A DNA stretch of 64,000 bases from Methanosarcinales archaeon (GTDB lineage Archaea; Halobacteriota; UBA148; JAUWXC01), in NCBI GenBank assembly GCA_026016205.1, contig CP061209.1, forward strand, positions 448,433 through 512,432, written 5' to 3'. The notes beneath the pieces were generated by a model. That model ran no database searches and was not told the DNA's origin. It worked only from the letters and a program-made list of their open reading frames with translations. The position numbers and the translations under genes were made by a program. Of this stretch, positions 1-9,895 are shown in pieces (the first letter of the stretch is position 1; every line of letters starts with the position of its first letter).

Positions 1-1
1 G

Positions 2-724
2 ATGAAACGATTCTTCAGGGCGAAAAGCAGAATCGCCGGCTCGTTAGCGATGCCTTTCTTCTTCCTCGCATTTCTCGGAACCGGCTTTATGAACGTCAGG
101 TTTTCAGGTATGCCTCCCGGCGTCAATTACATCGACTTTCTTGCCCCTGGAGTCATTGGAATGATCCTGCTCTTTGCCTCTTTGACTGCTGGAATCTCCG
201 TCCTCTGGGATAGAGAGTTTGGCTTTCTAAAAGAGATAATGGTCACACCGGTCAGCAGGGTTTCGATTGTTTTGGGGAGAATTCTCGGTGGAGTGTCAAC
301 GGCGCTGATTCAAGGAATCCTGATATTACTAATCTCCATTGGAATGGGAAGTAAGATCGTTGGAATTTTCGGGGTTCTTTCCTCGCTGGTGTTTATGGTT
401 CTCATCTCCGCTGGTTTTGTAGGTTTAGGCATAGCAATTGCATCCAGGATGAAGGACATACATGGATTCTCATTAATTATGAATTTCGTGATAATGCCAA
501 TCTTCCTTCTATCTGGTGCCCTGTTCCCTCTGGAGGGGTTGCCAACATGGTTAATCACCCTGGCTTACATCGATCCTTTAACCTATGGGGTTGATGGCCT
601 AAGGGGGTGCTTGATCGGCATCTCGCATTTTAATTTGCTTGTAGATTTTCTGATATTGCTGTGCTTTTGTATTGTTATGGTCGGCATAGGTGCATATTTA
701 TTTGAGAAGACTGAAGTAGATTAG
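2..724 (+). CDS. ABC-2 type transporter permease (5' end probably outside window)
   Basis: Multiple TM helices; WDREFGFLKEIMVTPVSR and DPLTYGVDGLR motifs typical of ABC-2 permeases. Confidence 0.9.
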   Translation: MKRFFRAKSRIAGSLAMPFFFLAFLGTGFMNVRFSGMPPGVNYIDFLAPGVIGMILLFASLTAGISVLWDREFGFLKEIMVTPVSRVSIVLGRILGGVSTALIQGILILLISIGMGSKIVGIFGVLSSLVFMVLISAGFVGLGIAIASRMKDIHGFSLIMNFVIMPIFLLSGALFPLEGLPTWLITLAYIDPLTYGVDGLRGCLIGISHFNLLVDFLILLCFCIVMVGIGAYLFEKTEVD

Positions 725-738
725 ATGGGGAGAGGAAG

Positions 739-1935
739 ATGAAAATGAGGATAATTAGAGCATCGTGCATTTTGCTTGTTGCAGCACTTCTTATACCAGC
801 AATCGCGATTGCGGATACCCCTACCGTTGTGGTCACGGGCTATCAGATAAATCCAGAGGTGTTAATGCCTGGGGACATTGGCACAATCAAGATTACGATA
901 ACAAATACGGCGGCGACGGCAACGCAGGTAGACACGAGTACATATACAGTAGGGGGGAGTGGTACTACCACGACCACTACTACAACAGTCAACGCAGATA
1001 TTCAGAGTATATACCTGTTCGGCAACGGGCTGACCGTGCTCAGCGGCAACTACAGAAACGTTGGCGAACTTGGACCTGGCCAGAGTACTACAATCACATT
1101 TACAATAGAAGCTCCTACCAAAGATGATACATACTTCCCGAAAGTCTGGATTGATGTACTGGGTGGAAGAAGTGCCAAGTACCCGATTCCAGTAAAAGTA
1201 GACAGCTCGAGTGTATCCCTTACGGCATCTGAAATGCCATCGGTAATTTTGAAAGACGATGCATCCCAAGTGAAGCTAAGCATCGCAAACAAAAGACCGA
1301 ATTCGATTAACAGCACGGTAGTAACACCGATGGCAGATGGCATTGCATTTGCTCCTACCGAGATTTTCTTGGGTGCGATGAAGCCAGATGAACAGTCTAC
1401 TGCCACGTTTACCTTGCATCCAACGTCTCTAGGCAAAAAAGACGTTACCTTTGTACTAACCTACCAAAATGGTGATAACTCCCATTCTGAAAGTCTAACG
1501 TGCTCTATAGATGTAATAGAAGGCTCTGGAGTTAAACTGATATTAGCCGAATATCCAACCTCGGTGGTAAAGGGCAAAAGCGCCAGAATCGAGTTGGATG
1601 TTGTAAATGCGAGATCAAGCGACATTACCAGTGTCAGTGTCGTTCCTATAATAGAAGGGCGCTTTACGCCATCAGAGGTGTTCATAGGTACGATGGAGCA
1701 GGATGATGTATTTTCAGCCAATTTTGACGTTGATACATCAGACTTGGCGCTTGGAACCAATGACATCGGCTTTAAAGTGACGTACAAAGACGGCAGAGGA
1801 TTTCATGAATCCGGAGCATATGCGGTGTCTATCGATATCGTTGAGGTGCCCGTAGAACTACCATCAACGCTCCTGTTGATAATCTTCATCGCTGTCTCAG
1901 CCGTTGGATACTACGTATATCGACGCAGGCGCTAA
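739..1935 (+). CDS. COG1361-type S-layer-like exported protein with repeated Ig-like domains and C-terminal TM anchor
   Basis: Signal peptide, PEVLMPGDIGTIKITITN, repeated beta-rich units, C-terminal TM plus RRRR; upstream of a MacB-like ABC pair. Confidence 0.75.
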   Translation: MKMRIIRASCILLVAALLIPAIAIADTPTVVVTGYQINPEVLMPGDIGTIKITITNTAATATQVDTSTYTVGGSGTTTTTTTTVNADIQSIYLFGNGLTVLSGNYRNVGELGPGQSTTITFTIEAPTKDDTYFPKVWIDVLGGRSAKYPIPVKVDSSSVSLTASEMPSVILKDDASQVKLSIANKRPNSINSTVVTPMADGIAFAPTEIFLGAMKPDEQSTATFTLHPTSLGKKDVTFVLTYQNGDNSHSESLTCSIDVIEGSGVKLILAEYPTSVVKGKSARIELDVVNARSSDITSVSVVPIIEGRFTPSEVFIGTMEQDDVFSANFDVDTSDLALGTNDIGFKVTYKDGRGFHESGAYAVSIDIVEVPVELPSTLLLIIFIAVSAVGYYVYRRRR

Positions 1936-1938
1936 AAT

Positions 1939-2616
1939 ATGAGCACAATGATTCGCACCGTTGAACTGACAAAAACTTACAGAATGGGCGAGATAGAGGT
2001 ACCGGCGCTCAGAAGTGTTAACCTGGAGGTAAACAAGGGGGATTTTGTAGCCATACAGGGACCTTCTGGCTCTGGGAAGTCGACCTTACTGAACATGATA
2101 GGCTGCCTGGATCACCCGACAAGCGGCACTGTTTTTATCGACGGCACTGACACATCAACGCTCAATGATGACGAACAGGCGAAAATTAGGCGCGAAAAAA
2201 TCGGATTTATTTTCCAGCAGTTCAACTTGATTCATACGCTCTCTGCGTTGGAGAACGTCGCGTTTCCGATGATGTTCACTGGAGTTGCACGTGAAAAAAG
2301 GATTGAACGAGCGAAGGAGTTATTAGAGACTCTGGGCTTGCTCGAAAGGGCGAGGCACAAACCTTCAGAACTTAGTGGAGGCGAACAACAAAGGGTTGCT
2401 ATTGCCCGGGCATTAGCCAATAATCCCCCAGTAATTCTTGGTGATGAGCCAACTGGTAATCTGGATACAAAATCAGGCAAAGTGATGATGGATTTCTTGG
2501 AGAAACTAAACGACAAAGGTGAGACGCTCATCATCGTGACACATGACCCGGAAATTGCTGCGCGAGCGCACAGAATTATCACTATGAGAGACGGTATCCT
2601 GAGGGATAAAAAATGA
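1939..2616 (+). CDS. ABC transporter ATP-binding protein (LolD/MacB/SalX type)
   Basis: GPSGSGKST, LSGGEQQRVAIARAL, DEPTGNLD, VTHD. Confidence 0.95.
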   Translation: MSTMIRTVELTKTYRMGEIEVPALRSVNLEVNKGDFVAIQGPSGSGKSTLLNMIGCLDHPTSGTVFIDGTDTSTLNDDEQAKIRREKIGFIFQQFNLIHTLSALENVAFPMMFTGVAREKRIERAKELLETLGLLERARHKPSELSGGEQQRVAIARALANNPPVILGDEPTGNLDTKSGKVMMDFLEKLNDKGETLIIVTHDPEIAARAHRIITMRDGILRDKK

Positions 2617-3800
2617 TCGGCATGGATGGCATTATCCTAGCATATAGGAACATAAAGGAGCGCAGAACCCGCTCCCTGTTAACCCTTTTGGGCATAGCCG
2701 TAGGTATAGCAGCGATAATTTCATTGATAGCAGTAGGGCATGGCATGCAGTATGCGATAACAGAGGAACTCGCCAGTCTGGCTGATACCATAATCGTATT
2801 CCCTGGAAGAATGATCCATGGAAGGGGATACGTCGAGTTGGGCGCCTTTACGGAAAGGGATATCAACGATATAGGGCGCATTGGAGGAATCGAAGACATA
2901 GTTGCTTTTACGAGTGGAATCGTTGATGTTGAATATAGGCGTGAACGGACTTCTTTAGAGTTGGTTGGCGGGGACCCGACCGACATGGAAGAACTAATGG
3001 GAGAAATGGTATATCTTGAAGAAGGGCGATGGATACGTGAGCGCGACTACAAGGGATGCGTGATCGGGTACAGCGTTGCGCATGACTATTTCGAGGAAGA
3101 CGTAGGTCTTAACGATCGCATGACAATCAACGAGTCAGAGTTCGTGGTCGTTGGAATCTTTGAGAAACGAGGTGACGACACGGACACTCAAGTATTCGTT
3201 CCCATGAGAACTGCCCAGGATGTCTTAGGAACAGATGATTTGAAGAGCATAATGGTACGAGTCAGGGATATTAATAGGGTTGAAGAAATAGCGGAAGAGA
3301 TTGAAGAAAGAATAAACGAGAACCATAATCTAGATGACTTCGCTCAAACGATGACGATGACTTCGATGATAGAACAGATAGGAATCGTTTTCATGATCGT
3401 ACAGGTCGTGCTGGTCGGCATCGCATCGATCGCACTCATCGTGGGATGCATAGGTATCATGAACACCATGCTGATGTCAGTCATGGAGCGCACGCATGAG
3501 ATAGGAATCATGAAGGCGATCGGCGCCACCAACAGAAACATCATGTTCTTATTTTTGATGGAGGCGGGGATGATTAGCTTGATAGGTGGCATATTAGGGT
3601 GTATATTGGGAACTATCGTTGCCAAGGCGATAGGTACGATAGCCAGCGCGTATATAGGAATGGACATGCCAGCCATCGTAACCCCAACCGTCGCGGTCGG
3701 CAGCATACTCATTGCGGTCTTGGTTGGGGCTATATCAGGTTTGTATCCGGCGAGAAAGGCAGCGAAGATGAGTCCTATCGAAGCAGTTAGATATGAGTAG
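2613..3800 (+). CDS. ABC transporter permease (MacB/FtsX type)
   Basis: RSLLTLLGIAVGI, GIMNTMLMSVMERTHEIGIMKAIGA, PARKAAKMSPIEAVRYE. Confidence 0.95.
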   Translation: MIGMDGIILAYRNIKERRTRSLLTLLGIAVGIAAIISLIAVGHGMQYAITEELASLADTIIVFPGRMIHGRGYVELGAFTERDINDIGRIGGIEDIVAFTSGIVDVEYRRERTSLELVGGDPTDMEELMGEMVYLEEGRWIRERDYKGCVIGYSVAHDYFEEDVGLNDRMTINESEFVVVGIFEKRGDDTDTQVFVPMRTAQDVLGTDDLKSIMVRVRDINRVEEIAEEIEERINENHNLDDFAQTMTMTSMIEQIGIVFMIVQVVLVGIASIALIVGCIGIMNTMLMSVMERTHEIGIMKAIGATNRNIMFLFLMEAGMISLIGGILGCILGTIVAKAIGTIASAYIGMDMPAIVTPTVAVGSILIAVLVGAISGLYPARKAAKMSPIEAVRYE

Positions 3801-3823
3801 AGTGGCATAATATAGTGGTATAA

Positions 3824-4231
3824 ATGACAGAAATTCAGCCAAAGACCGATGAAGAGATTGAGCGTCTTAGACAAGAATTTGAAGAAATAAAGATGGAGCG
3901 ACTTAAGGAGCAGTTTAGAGAAGTCAAGGCAGAGCGTCTCAAGAAAACACTGGAAGAAACTCCGGAGCAAGGAATACAAGAAAGGCATAAGGAAATTAGA
4001 GATGTGAAAAAGTCGAGTATCATCGTTACTAAAATAAAATCTGCACTCATAATACTTGTAGGGGTGGTATTCGTGTTCTTGGGCGGCTTTTTCTTGGGCA
4101 GTTTAAATCTGGTCGATTTCCCAGAATTGATAACTCCGCCGGTCCTTCAGGATTTAAGTTATGTCGCCCTTGGGCTTGGCATCATCTTGTTGGTGGCGGG
4201 GGCATATACAGGTTTCGTAAGGCGTAGGTGA
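3824..4231 (+). CDS. Hypothetical membrane protein with N-terminal coiled-coil repeats and 2 TM helices
   Basis: Charged helical N-terminus, two hydrophobic segments, C-terminal RRR. Confidence 0.7.
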   Translation: MTEIQPKTDEEIERLRQEFEEIKMERLKEQFREVKAERLKKTLEETPEQGIQERHKEIRDVKKSSIIVTKIKSALIILVGVVFVFLGGFFLGSLNLVDFPELITPPVLQDLSYVALGLGIILLVAGAYTGFVRRR

Positions 4232-4254
4232 ATTGTTGTTTTACGCAAGATCAA

Positions 4255-4959
4255 TCATTTGAGGCGCACCGCATACGAAATCCTGTACTGGTTTTTTCCA
4301 TCCTTGTGCCCAACCAATTTTGCGGACTCGGAAAGTGCTCCGCCGAATTCACTGACAATCCTCTTGGATATCTGCTTGCCAACTTTAGCAGAGCCGACGT
4401 AGATATCAATACCCTCTCTCAACTCTTTTATGTTTGAGATGAATGCCATTCTGTCACTTTTCTGAGCTTGCTGAATCATGTTCTGCGCGACCTTCTTGGA
4501 TTTTGACCTTTCTTCGGCTGTTGGAAAACGCCCTTCTGCCCGGATCTGCACAATGGCAGCATAGTAACCTCCAGCAATTCTGCTGCACCTGTCGCACGAT
4601 TCCTTTTTGGCTTTGACTATAATATCATATTCCTTGGATACGTTCTCGCATTTCACCACAGCATTGACGTCGATGTGCACTTTTACGGCACCCTTATCCA
4701 GCAGTTCAGGCTTAAACGTAATATGTACGTCTTCAGCCACGGGATTAATCGTCACTTGACTTTTCACAAGCGAAGTTGCCAGGTCAAGGGAGTCGCACTC
4801 CATCCATTTTCCTCTCCAGAAGCAAGAGTCGCAGGTAGGGCAGACCTTGATTTCTAGCAGGGGGCACTCGACCAGAGCGAAACGCTCTAGAAAGCACTGG
4901 GCACAGAGCCCGCCCTCTGATGCGCGGCCACAGTTGGGACAAAAAAGAGGAGACGCCAT
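4255..4959 (-). CDS. nmd3: NMD3-family ribosome biogenesis protein (short form)
   Basis: Four CxxC motifs, CDRCSRIAGGYYAAIVQIRA, GIDIYVGS. Confidence 0.9.
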   Translation of the reverse strand: MASPLFCPNCGRASEGGLCAQCFLERFALVECPLLEIKVCPTCDSCFWRGKWMECDSLDLATSLVKSQVTINPVAEDVHITFKPELLDKGAVKVHIDVNAVVKCENVSKEYDIIVKAKKESCDRCSRIAGGYYAAIVQIRAEGRFPTAEERSKSKKVAQNMIQQAQKSDRMAFISNIKELREGIDIYVGSAKVGKQISKRIVSEFGGALSESAKLVGHKDGKNQYRISYAVRLK

Positions 4960-4963
4960 ATTT

Positions 4964-5254
4964 TCACATCCTCACTGCCTGGGCATGCGGTACGCCGCCT
5001 ATGGTTATAATATTCTCCTTCACAATAACTCCATTTTTTAGCGCACAACTAACTGCTTTTTTCCCTAATAGATTGGCAATGGTTGCCTCTTTAAGTGCCT
5101 CTGCTACTGCACCCTCTGAAGCCATGTCGCCCTTGTAAAATAGCTCTGATGCCTCGATTCTGAGTCCGCCTTCAGAAAACGTTTTTCCAAGGAGCCCCCT
5201 GTCACATACCGCAACCATTACATTGTGTCCACTTCTGTAAATCTTGAGATACAT
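4964..5254 (-). CDS. DUF424 family protein
   Basis: VAVCDRGLLGKTF, ATIANLLG, IGGVPHAQ. Confidence 0.85.
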   Translation of the reverse strand: MYLKIYRSGHNVMVAVCDRGLLGKTFSEGGLRIEASELFYKGDMASEGAVAEALKEATIANLLGKKAVSCALKNGVIVKENIITIGGVPHAQAVRM

Positions 5255-5256
5255 GT

Positions 5257-7350
5257 CTATGCCAATTTGAGATACCCTGTAGCCGGCTCAAAGATATCTC
5301 CCTGTTGTTTTAATTTAGCAATAAGTTCCTCAACCATGTCCTTGGAGATGCCCTGTGCTTGTGCCTTGTCATAGATATCTTCTTTAGGCGCTCTCCCTCC
5401 ATACTCCTTCTCCAGTTCTCGTATGACCTCCCTGAGCATTTTGATCTTATCCCGCTGGCTCTTGCTGGTTCCGACTGCTATTATATCTACATCGAACTGC
5501 CCGGTCTCAGGGTCGATCGCCACCTTCTTCATACACGATTCCATGATTCTTATTGCCCTATTTGCATCATCTTCTGTGACAACATCGCTCAATCGAATCC
5601 TTGCTGAAGCCTCTGCCAATCGTACTAACGCTTCCAGAGAGCGTGCAGTCACTGGAACTGGAGAGTCGACGCCTATGCCCTGTTTGCGGAGCCTTAAATA
5701 GAACTCGATTAACTGCTGTTTGGCATCATCTTTCAGTATTGGATATGTCCGCTTGGCGTAAGCGATATATTTTCTAAACAACCCCGGCTCGACCTCTGGC
5801 CGAATCACCTCCATAGCAGATTCTACATCTGTCTCGCTGACTTTTCCAGAAGGAAATTTCTTGATATGCTCTGCTAATTCCCCTGCATAGTGAGCTCGAA
5901 GAATATGCTCTGCGATTTTTGCATCAAATGCCTCATCAGGCTCATCTGCAAGGGGAAAAATCAAGTCAAATCTGGACAAAAGCGCAGGTGGCAAGTTGAT
6001 CTGGTTTGCTATTGACTCATACCTGTCAAATCTGCCATATTTTGGGTTAGCAGCACCAAGCAATGCGCACCTCGACCTCAACATGGCCATGATACCTGCC
6101 TTGGCTATACTAACGGTCTGCTGCTCCATCGCCTCGTGCAATGCACTTCTATCTTCTTGTCTCATCTTGTCAAGCTCATCAACTGCTGCAATGCCCTTAT
6201 CTGCAAGCACGAGCGCACCCGCCTCAAGAGTCCAACGCCCCTCTCCAAATTCGTCTTTAACAGCGGTGGCGGTCAATCCAGCCGCTGTCGTACCCTTGCC
6301 ACTGGTATAAATGCCCCTTGGAGCAAGTGTCGCGATATATCTAAGCAATTGAGACTTCGCAGTGCCAGGGTCTCCGACCAGGAGCACATGAATGTCGCCT
6401 CTTATCTTGGAGCCGTCTGGAAGCGACTTTGGGATGCCAGCGAACAGCTGAAGTGCTATCGCCTCCTTGATGTCATCATATCCAAAAATGGTAGGTGCAA
6501 TCGAATTGATAACAATCTTGTAAATATTTGGCATTTCCGATAACTTGAGAATCTCCTTTTCCTCTTCCTTGGATATATCCAGCTCCTCGAATTCCTGCTC
6601 CTGTATTTCGATGGATATGCATCTAAGATATACATCAAAAAACGTGCTTTTCCCTGCCGGAGAGGTTCGCTGGTAAGAGTGAAGGATGCCTGTGACGATG
6701 ACCCTATCACCTGGCGTCACAATTCCTGCCAGGTCATCCTCTATGTTTACGTCAAGGGTTTGGGGCTGTTCCCCGCCCCTCAGATCCTCTGGAGACTCCT
6801 GAATCTGCAGTTTTTGTGCGTCCACAAAAATGGATTCATTTAAACTCAATTTGAATGGTCCATTTCTATTACAATTTTCACATGTATATGGCTCAGTGAA
6901 TTTTGTTCCAACCTGTTCTTGATAAGTGACACGTTCGCATCGCATGCATTTAAAAGCAGCCTTGATGATTTTGGGCCTAACAGACGTTGCCTTGCGTATC
7001 AGTCCCTCTATTGCAATCAGCCTTGATATGTGGTCACTTCTTAATTTTCTGATTTGAACCCTTTCAGGAATCTTAATTATCCTGACGTGCGCTTCGTCGA
7101 GCGGTTCACCGGTCGGTGTTGCAAAGGATTGTAAAGCCTCTTCCAGGTCTGGCAAAACGTCATCGGGGCGCTCCAGCAAGACATCAGCGAGTTCTGGATC
7201 TTTTTTGACAATATCTGGGAACTCTATGAGCAGGCTCCTTTCCTCTGGATACACACTGGCTAACCGAAGGATATGCTCCTTGTAGTACCGTTCTAAGAAC
7301 TCTTCCCACCTGGAAACCGTATCGCCTGGCATTTTTTCAACTCTTTGCAT
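5257..7350 (-). CDS. mcm: Replicative helicase MCM
   Basis: Zn finger, GDPGTAKSQ, DELDKM, AANPKYGRFD, LLSRFDL; start placed at ATG 7350, which overlaps the upstream TGA. Confidence 0.97.
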   Translation of the reverse strand: MQRVEKMPGDTVSRWEEFLERYYKEHILRLASVYPEERSLLIEFPDIVKKDPELADVLLERPDDVLPDLEEALQSFATPTGEPLDEAHVRIIKIPERVQIRKLRSDHISRLIAIEGLIRKATSVRPKIIKAAFKCMRCERVTYQEQVGTKFTEPYTCENCNRNGPFKLSLNESIFVDAQKLQIQESPEDLRGGEQPQTLDVNIEDDLAGIVTPGDRVIVTGILHSYQRTSPAGKSTFFDVYLRCISIEIQEQEFEELDISKEEEKEILKLSEMPNIYKIVINSIAPTIFGYDDIKEAIALQLFAGIPKSLPDGSKIRGDIHVLLVGDPGTAKSQLLRYIATLAPRGIYTSGKGTTAAGLTATAVKDEFGEGRWTLEAGALVLADKGIAAVDELDKMRQEDRSALHEAMEQQTVSIAKAGIMAMLRSRCALLGAANPKYGRFDRYESIANQINLPPALLSRFDLIFPLADEPDEAFDAKIAEHILRAHYAGELAEHIKKFPSGKVSETDVESAMEVIRPEVEPGLFRKYIAYAKRTYPILKDDAKQQLIEFYLRLRKQGIGVDSPVPVTARSLEALVRLAEASARIRLSDVVTEDDANRAIRIMESCMKKVAIDPETGQFDVDIIAVGTSKSQRDKIKMLREVIRELEKEYGGRAPKEDIYDKAQAQGISKDMVEELIAKLKQQGDIFEPATGYLKLA

Positions 7351-8189
7351 CAAATATCTATCGTAACCCCATATACTTTTTCTGGATGGTCTTTGTGAAT
7401 CGCCCAAAATACGTCTTCATCAATGCCTTTTTTGATAAACTGCTTCGTCCTGCGTGGAACAGTTTTTGGCCCGAGAACGACGCCCGGCCTGTCAAAGTCA
7501 TCGATATAATCAGTTTCCATCATAAATCTGTCCCCTTGTGATAAAGCGACATTCAGCGCATCTTCACTGGCGAGTATTGACGGAAAAATGCCAATACTTT
7601 GATAGGCGGATATCATTGGGGGAGAGTAATGCTTGACTATTTTGTCCGGGGTCAATCCAGCATTACTTGCCATCTTGGCTATCTCTGCCAATCCCTCTGG
7701 AGTTGTGCTTTCAGTATGCAGTTGAACAGCGCACCCGACTTCGCTTGCCAATTTCATCCCATAAGACATGATTTCATTGGATGCATGCCATTCGGCATCG
7801 CTGACTTCGTAGTGAGGCCTGCCTGTCTTGATTGCTATCGCATGCCCCTCTTTTACAAAATCGATGGCAATCTCTAAACCACGATATATCACTTGTTTGG
7901 CTTTATCCAATTCAAAGCGCTTTGCCAATCTCGTGAGTTCTACGGGGTGAATTCCAAGAATTGGAAAGGCCGTTACCTTGGTCTGTTCATTGATCATCCC
8001 CGCAATTCTTATGGTCTGTTCAAACACTGATTTGAAATCGTCAGGAGATGTAACCTCTATGCCAAAACTCTGTGCCGTCTTTGAGACCAAAAATATGTGT
8101 GTGCCTCCTGCCCTCTGAAACTGCTCCACAGCTGTGATGCCAAGCCCCTTCAAGTCGATGTGCATGTGGTCATCAGTAATCGGCATCAT
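7350..8189 (-). CDS. TatD-related metal-dependent hydrolase (archaeal COG1831 type)
   Basis: DDHMH, GRPHY, QLHTE, METDYIDDFDRPGVVLGPKTVPRR. Confidence 0.85.
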   Translation of the reverse strand: MMPITDDHMHIDLKGLGITAVEQFQRAGGTHIFLVSKTAQSFGIEVTSPDDFKSVFEQTIRIAGMINEQTKVTAFPILGIHPVELTRLAKRFELDKAKQVIYRGLEIAIDFVKEGHAIAIKTGRPHYEVSDAEWHASNEIMSYGMKLASEVGCAVQLHTESTTPEGLAEIAKMASNAGLTPDKIVKHYSPPMISAYQSIGIFPSILASEDALNVALSQGDRFMMETDYIDDFDRPGVVLGPKTVPRRTKQFIKKGIDEDVFWAIHKDHPEKVYGVTIDI

Positions 8190-8190
8190 C

Positions 8191-8655
8191 TCAATCCCTC
8201 CATGCTTCAGGCACAATTATGTAGCGCCCTCCCCTCCTGCGTATTTCTGGAAACTGCACAATTTCATTTACGGTAAAGCCAACTAAACCCTTGGCATACC
8301 GTTTTCTCAATTCCGTCCAGTTTATAATATGTGCCTCTCTTGATTTGCCGCTGCCTCTTCTGAGCTCGACCGCCAAAATCCCCCTTCTACCAGACTTTTT
8401 GAGAAACTCATCTATGCGCAGAATCTGGCCGGTGCCAAAATGTTGGGTGAAATAGAGTGCAGCAGCCCCTTTTTCAGTTGATACGCTCTTGCATTCGATG
8501 CCCAAGTAGAAACTCTTGTGGGGAGAGTCAACCAAAACGTCAAGCATCTGTGATGTGAACCTATGTTGCTTTAGCCTATGGGCGATGCCTTCCACTCCAC
8601 CCTGCTTAAAAAACTGATTAAAAGATTTGACTATTTCCCGCTCAAAGTCTGTCAT
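8191..8655 (-). CDS. PD-(D/E)XK nuclease, Holliday junction resolvase-like
   Basis: N-terminal FERE, DVLVD...GIECKS catalytic motif, 154 aa. Confidence 0.65.
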   Translation of the reverse strand: MTDFEREIVKSFNQFFKQGGVEGIAHRLKQHRFTSQMLDVLVDSPHKSFYLGIECKSVSTEKGAAALYFTQHFGTGQILRIDEFLKKSGRRGILAVELRRGSGKSREAHIINWTELRKRYAKGLVGFTVNEIVQFPEIRRRGGRYIIVPEAWRD

Positions 8656-8782
8656 TTTTCATCTCCACAATTATAATATTTTGGTGATTGGTAATAGCCC
8701 TATGTCTAATTAACGTCACTAAAAGAATAAGTATAAAAAAACTAATCTGAGAGTAGGGCGAAAGTATTCTCAGGAGCTCAAG

Positions 8783-9895
8783 ATGTTAGGTGATGTGCTA
8801 TCGTGGGACCAGACCGTCTTCAAAAATGGCGAGATGTTTGAGTTAGACTATGTGCCAGAGCACTTTCGGCACAGGGAATCTCAGATAGAGGAGCTGATGT
8901 TCAGCATCCGCCCTGCTATGAAGGGCATGAGGCCCGTTAACACGCTCTGTTTGGGTCCGCCAGGCACCGGAAAGACCACTGCCATACTCAAAATATTTGA
9001 AGAAATTGAGAAGCACACAGCATCGGTAATTCCTGTTCACATTAATTGCCAGGTCGACAATACGAAGTACGAGATTTTCTCCAGAATATTTCAGAAAATC
9101 TATGGGTTTGCTCCACCATCATCTGGCGTTTCATTTAAAAAGATATTTGAAAAAATTGTCAAGTACCTAATAGAAAAAGAGAAAGTGTTGGTTGTTGCCC
9201 TGGATGATATCAATTACTTGTTTTATGAAAGTGAGGTAAATGACGTGCTATATACACTCCTGCGGGCACATGAAGTGCAGCCCAAGGCAAGAATTGGCGT
9301 CATCGGCGTCTTGAGTGATATAAAGATGCAGTATCAATTGGATCCAAGGGTTGCATCTGTATTTCTGCCGCGCGAAATTCTCTTTTTGCCATACACGCAA
9401 GATGAGATCCACGACATACTATCGAATAGAATCCAATACGGATTTTTTCCTGGCGTGGTTCCAGAGGACATTTTGGACAAAATCGTTGAATATGTCGAAA
9501 GTTCTGGTGATTTGAGGGTGGGCATCGACCTGCTCAAGAAGGCTGGACTTAATGCGGAGCGCAGAGCCAGTAAGTGCATATCGCTGGAAGACGTTAATGA
9601 AGCATACGAAAGCTCAAGATCTGTGCATATACAACGCGCCATCTCATCGCTGGGAGATGAAGAAAAGGTACTGCTCCGGCTAATCGCGGAGGGTGAAGAG
9701 GTCAGGGCGGGGGCACTCTATAAAAAGTTCCAGGAAAAGACAAACCTGAGATACACGCGATTTCATGAAATGCTGAACAAGCTAGATACGACCAAACTCA
9801 TCAATACTCGTTATTCTGGCAAGGGCACCAGGGGCAGGAGCAGGCTTATCTCAGTTAAAAATGCTGACGATATCTTGAAGGGATTGAGAGATTGA
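8783..9895 (+). CDS. cdc6: Orc1/Cdc6 replication initiator
   Basis: DYVPEHFRHRE, GPPGTGKT, VALDD, GDLRVGIDLL, C-terminal winged helix. Confidence 0.93.
   Translation: MLGDVLSWDQTVFKNGEMFELDYVPEHFRHRESQIEELMFSIRPAMKGMRPVNTLCLGPPGTGKTTAILKIFEEIEKHTASVIPVHINCQVDNTKYEIFSRIFQKIYGFAPPSSGVSFKKIFEKIVKYLIEKEKVLVVALDDINYLFYESEVNDVLYTLLRAHEVQPKARIGVIGVLSDIKMQYQLDPRVASVFLPREILFLPYTQDEIHDILSNRIQYGFFPGVVPEDILDKIVEYVESSGDLRVGIDLLKKAGLNAERRASKCISLEDVNEAYESSRSVHIQRAISSLGDEEKVLLRLIAEGEEVRAGALYKKFQEKTNLRYTRFHEMLNKLDTTKLINTRYSGKGTRGRSRLISVKNADDILKGLRD

Noticed and set aside
5257..7350. Intein in MCM (also considered for Cdc6 and TopA)
   Set aside because: Normal lengths and contiguous motifs
8656..8782. Replication origin next to cdc6
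   Set aside because: AT-rich but short, with no ORB (TCCA-N3-GAAA plus G-string) repeats visible; better explained as divergent promoters
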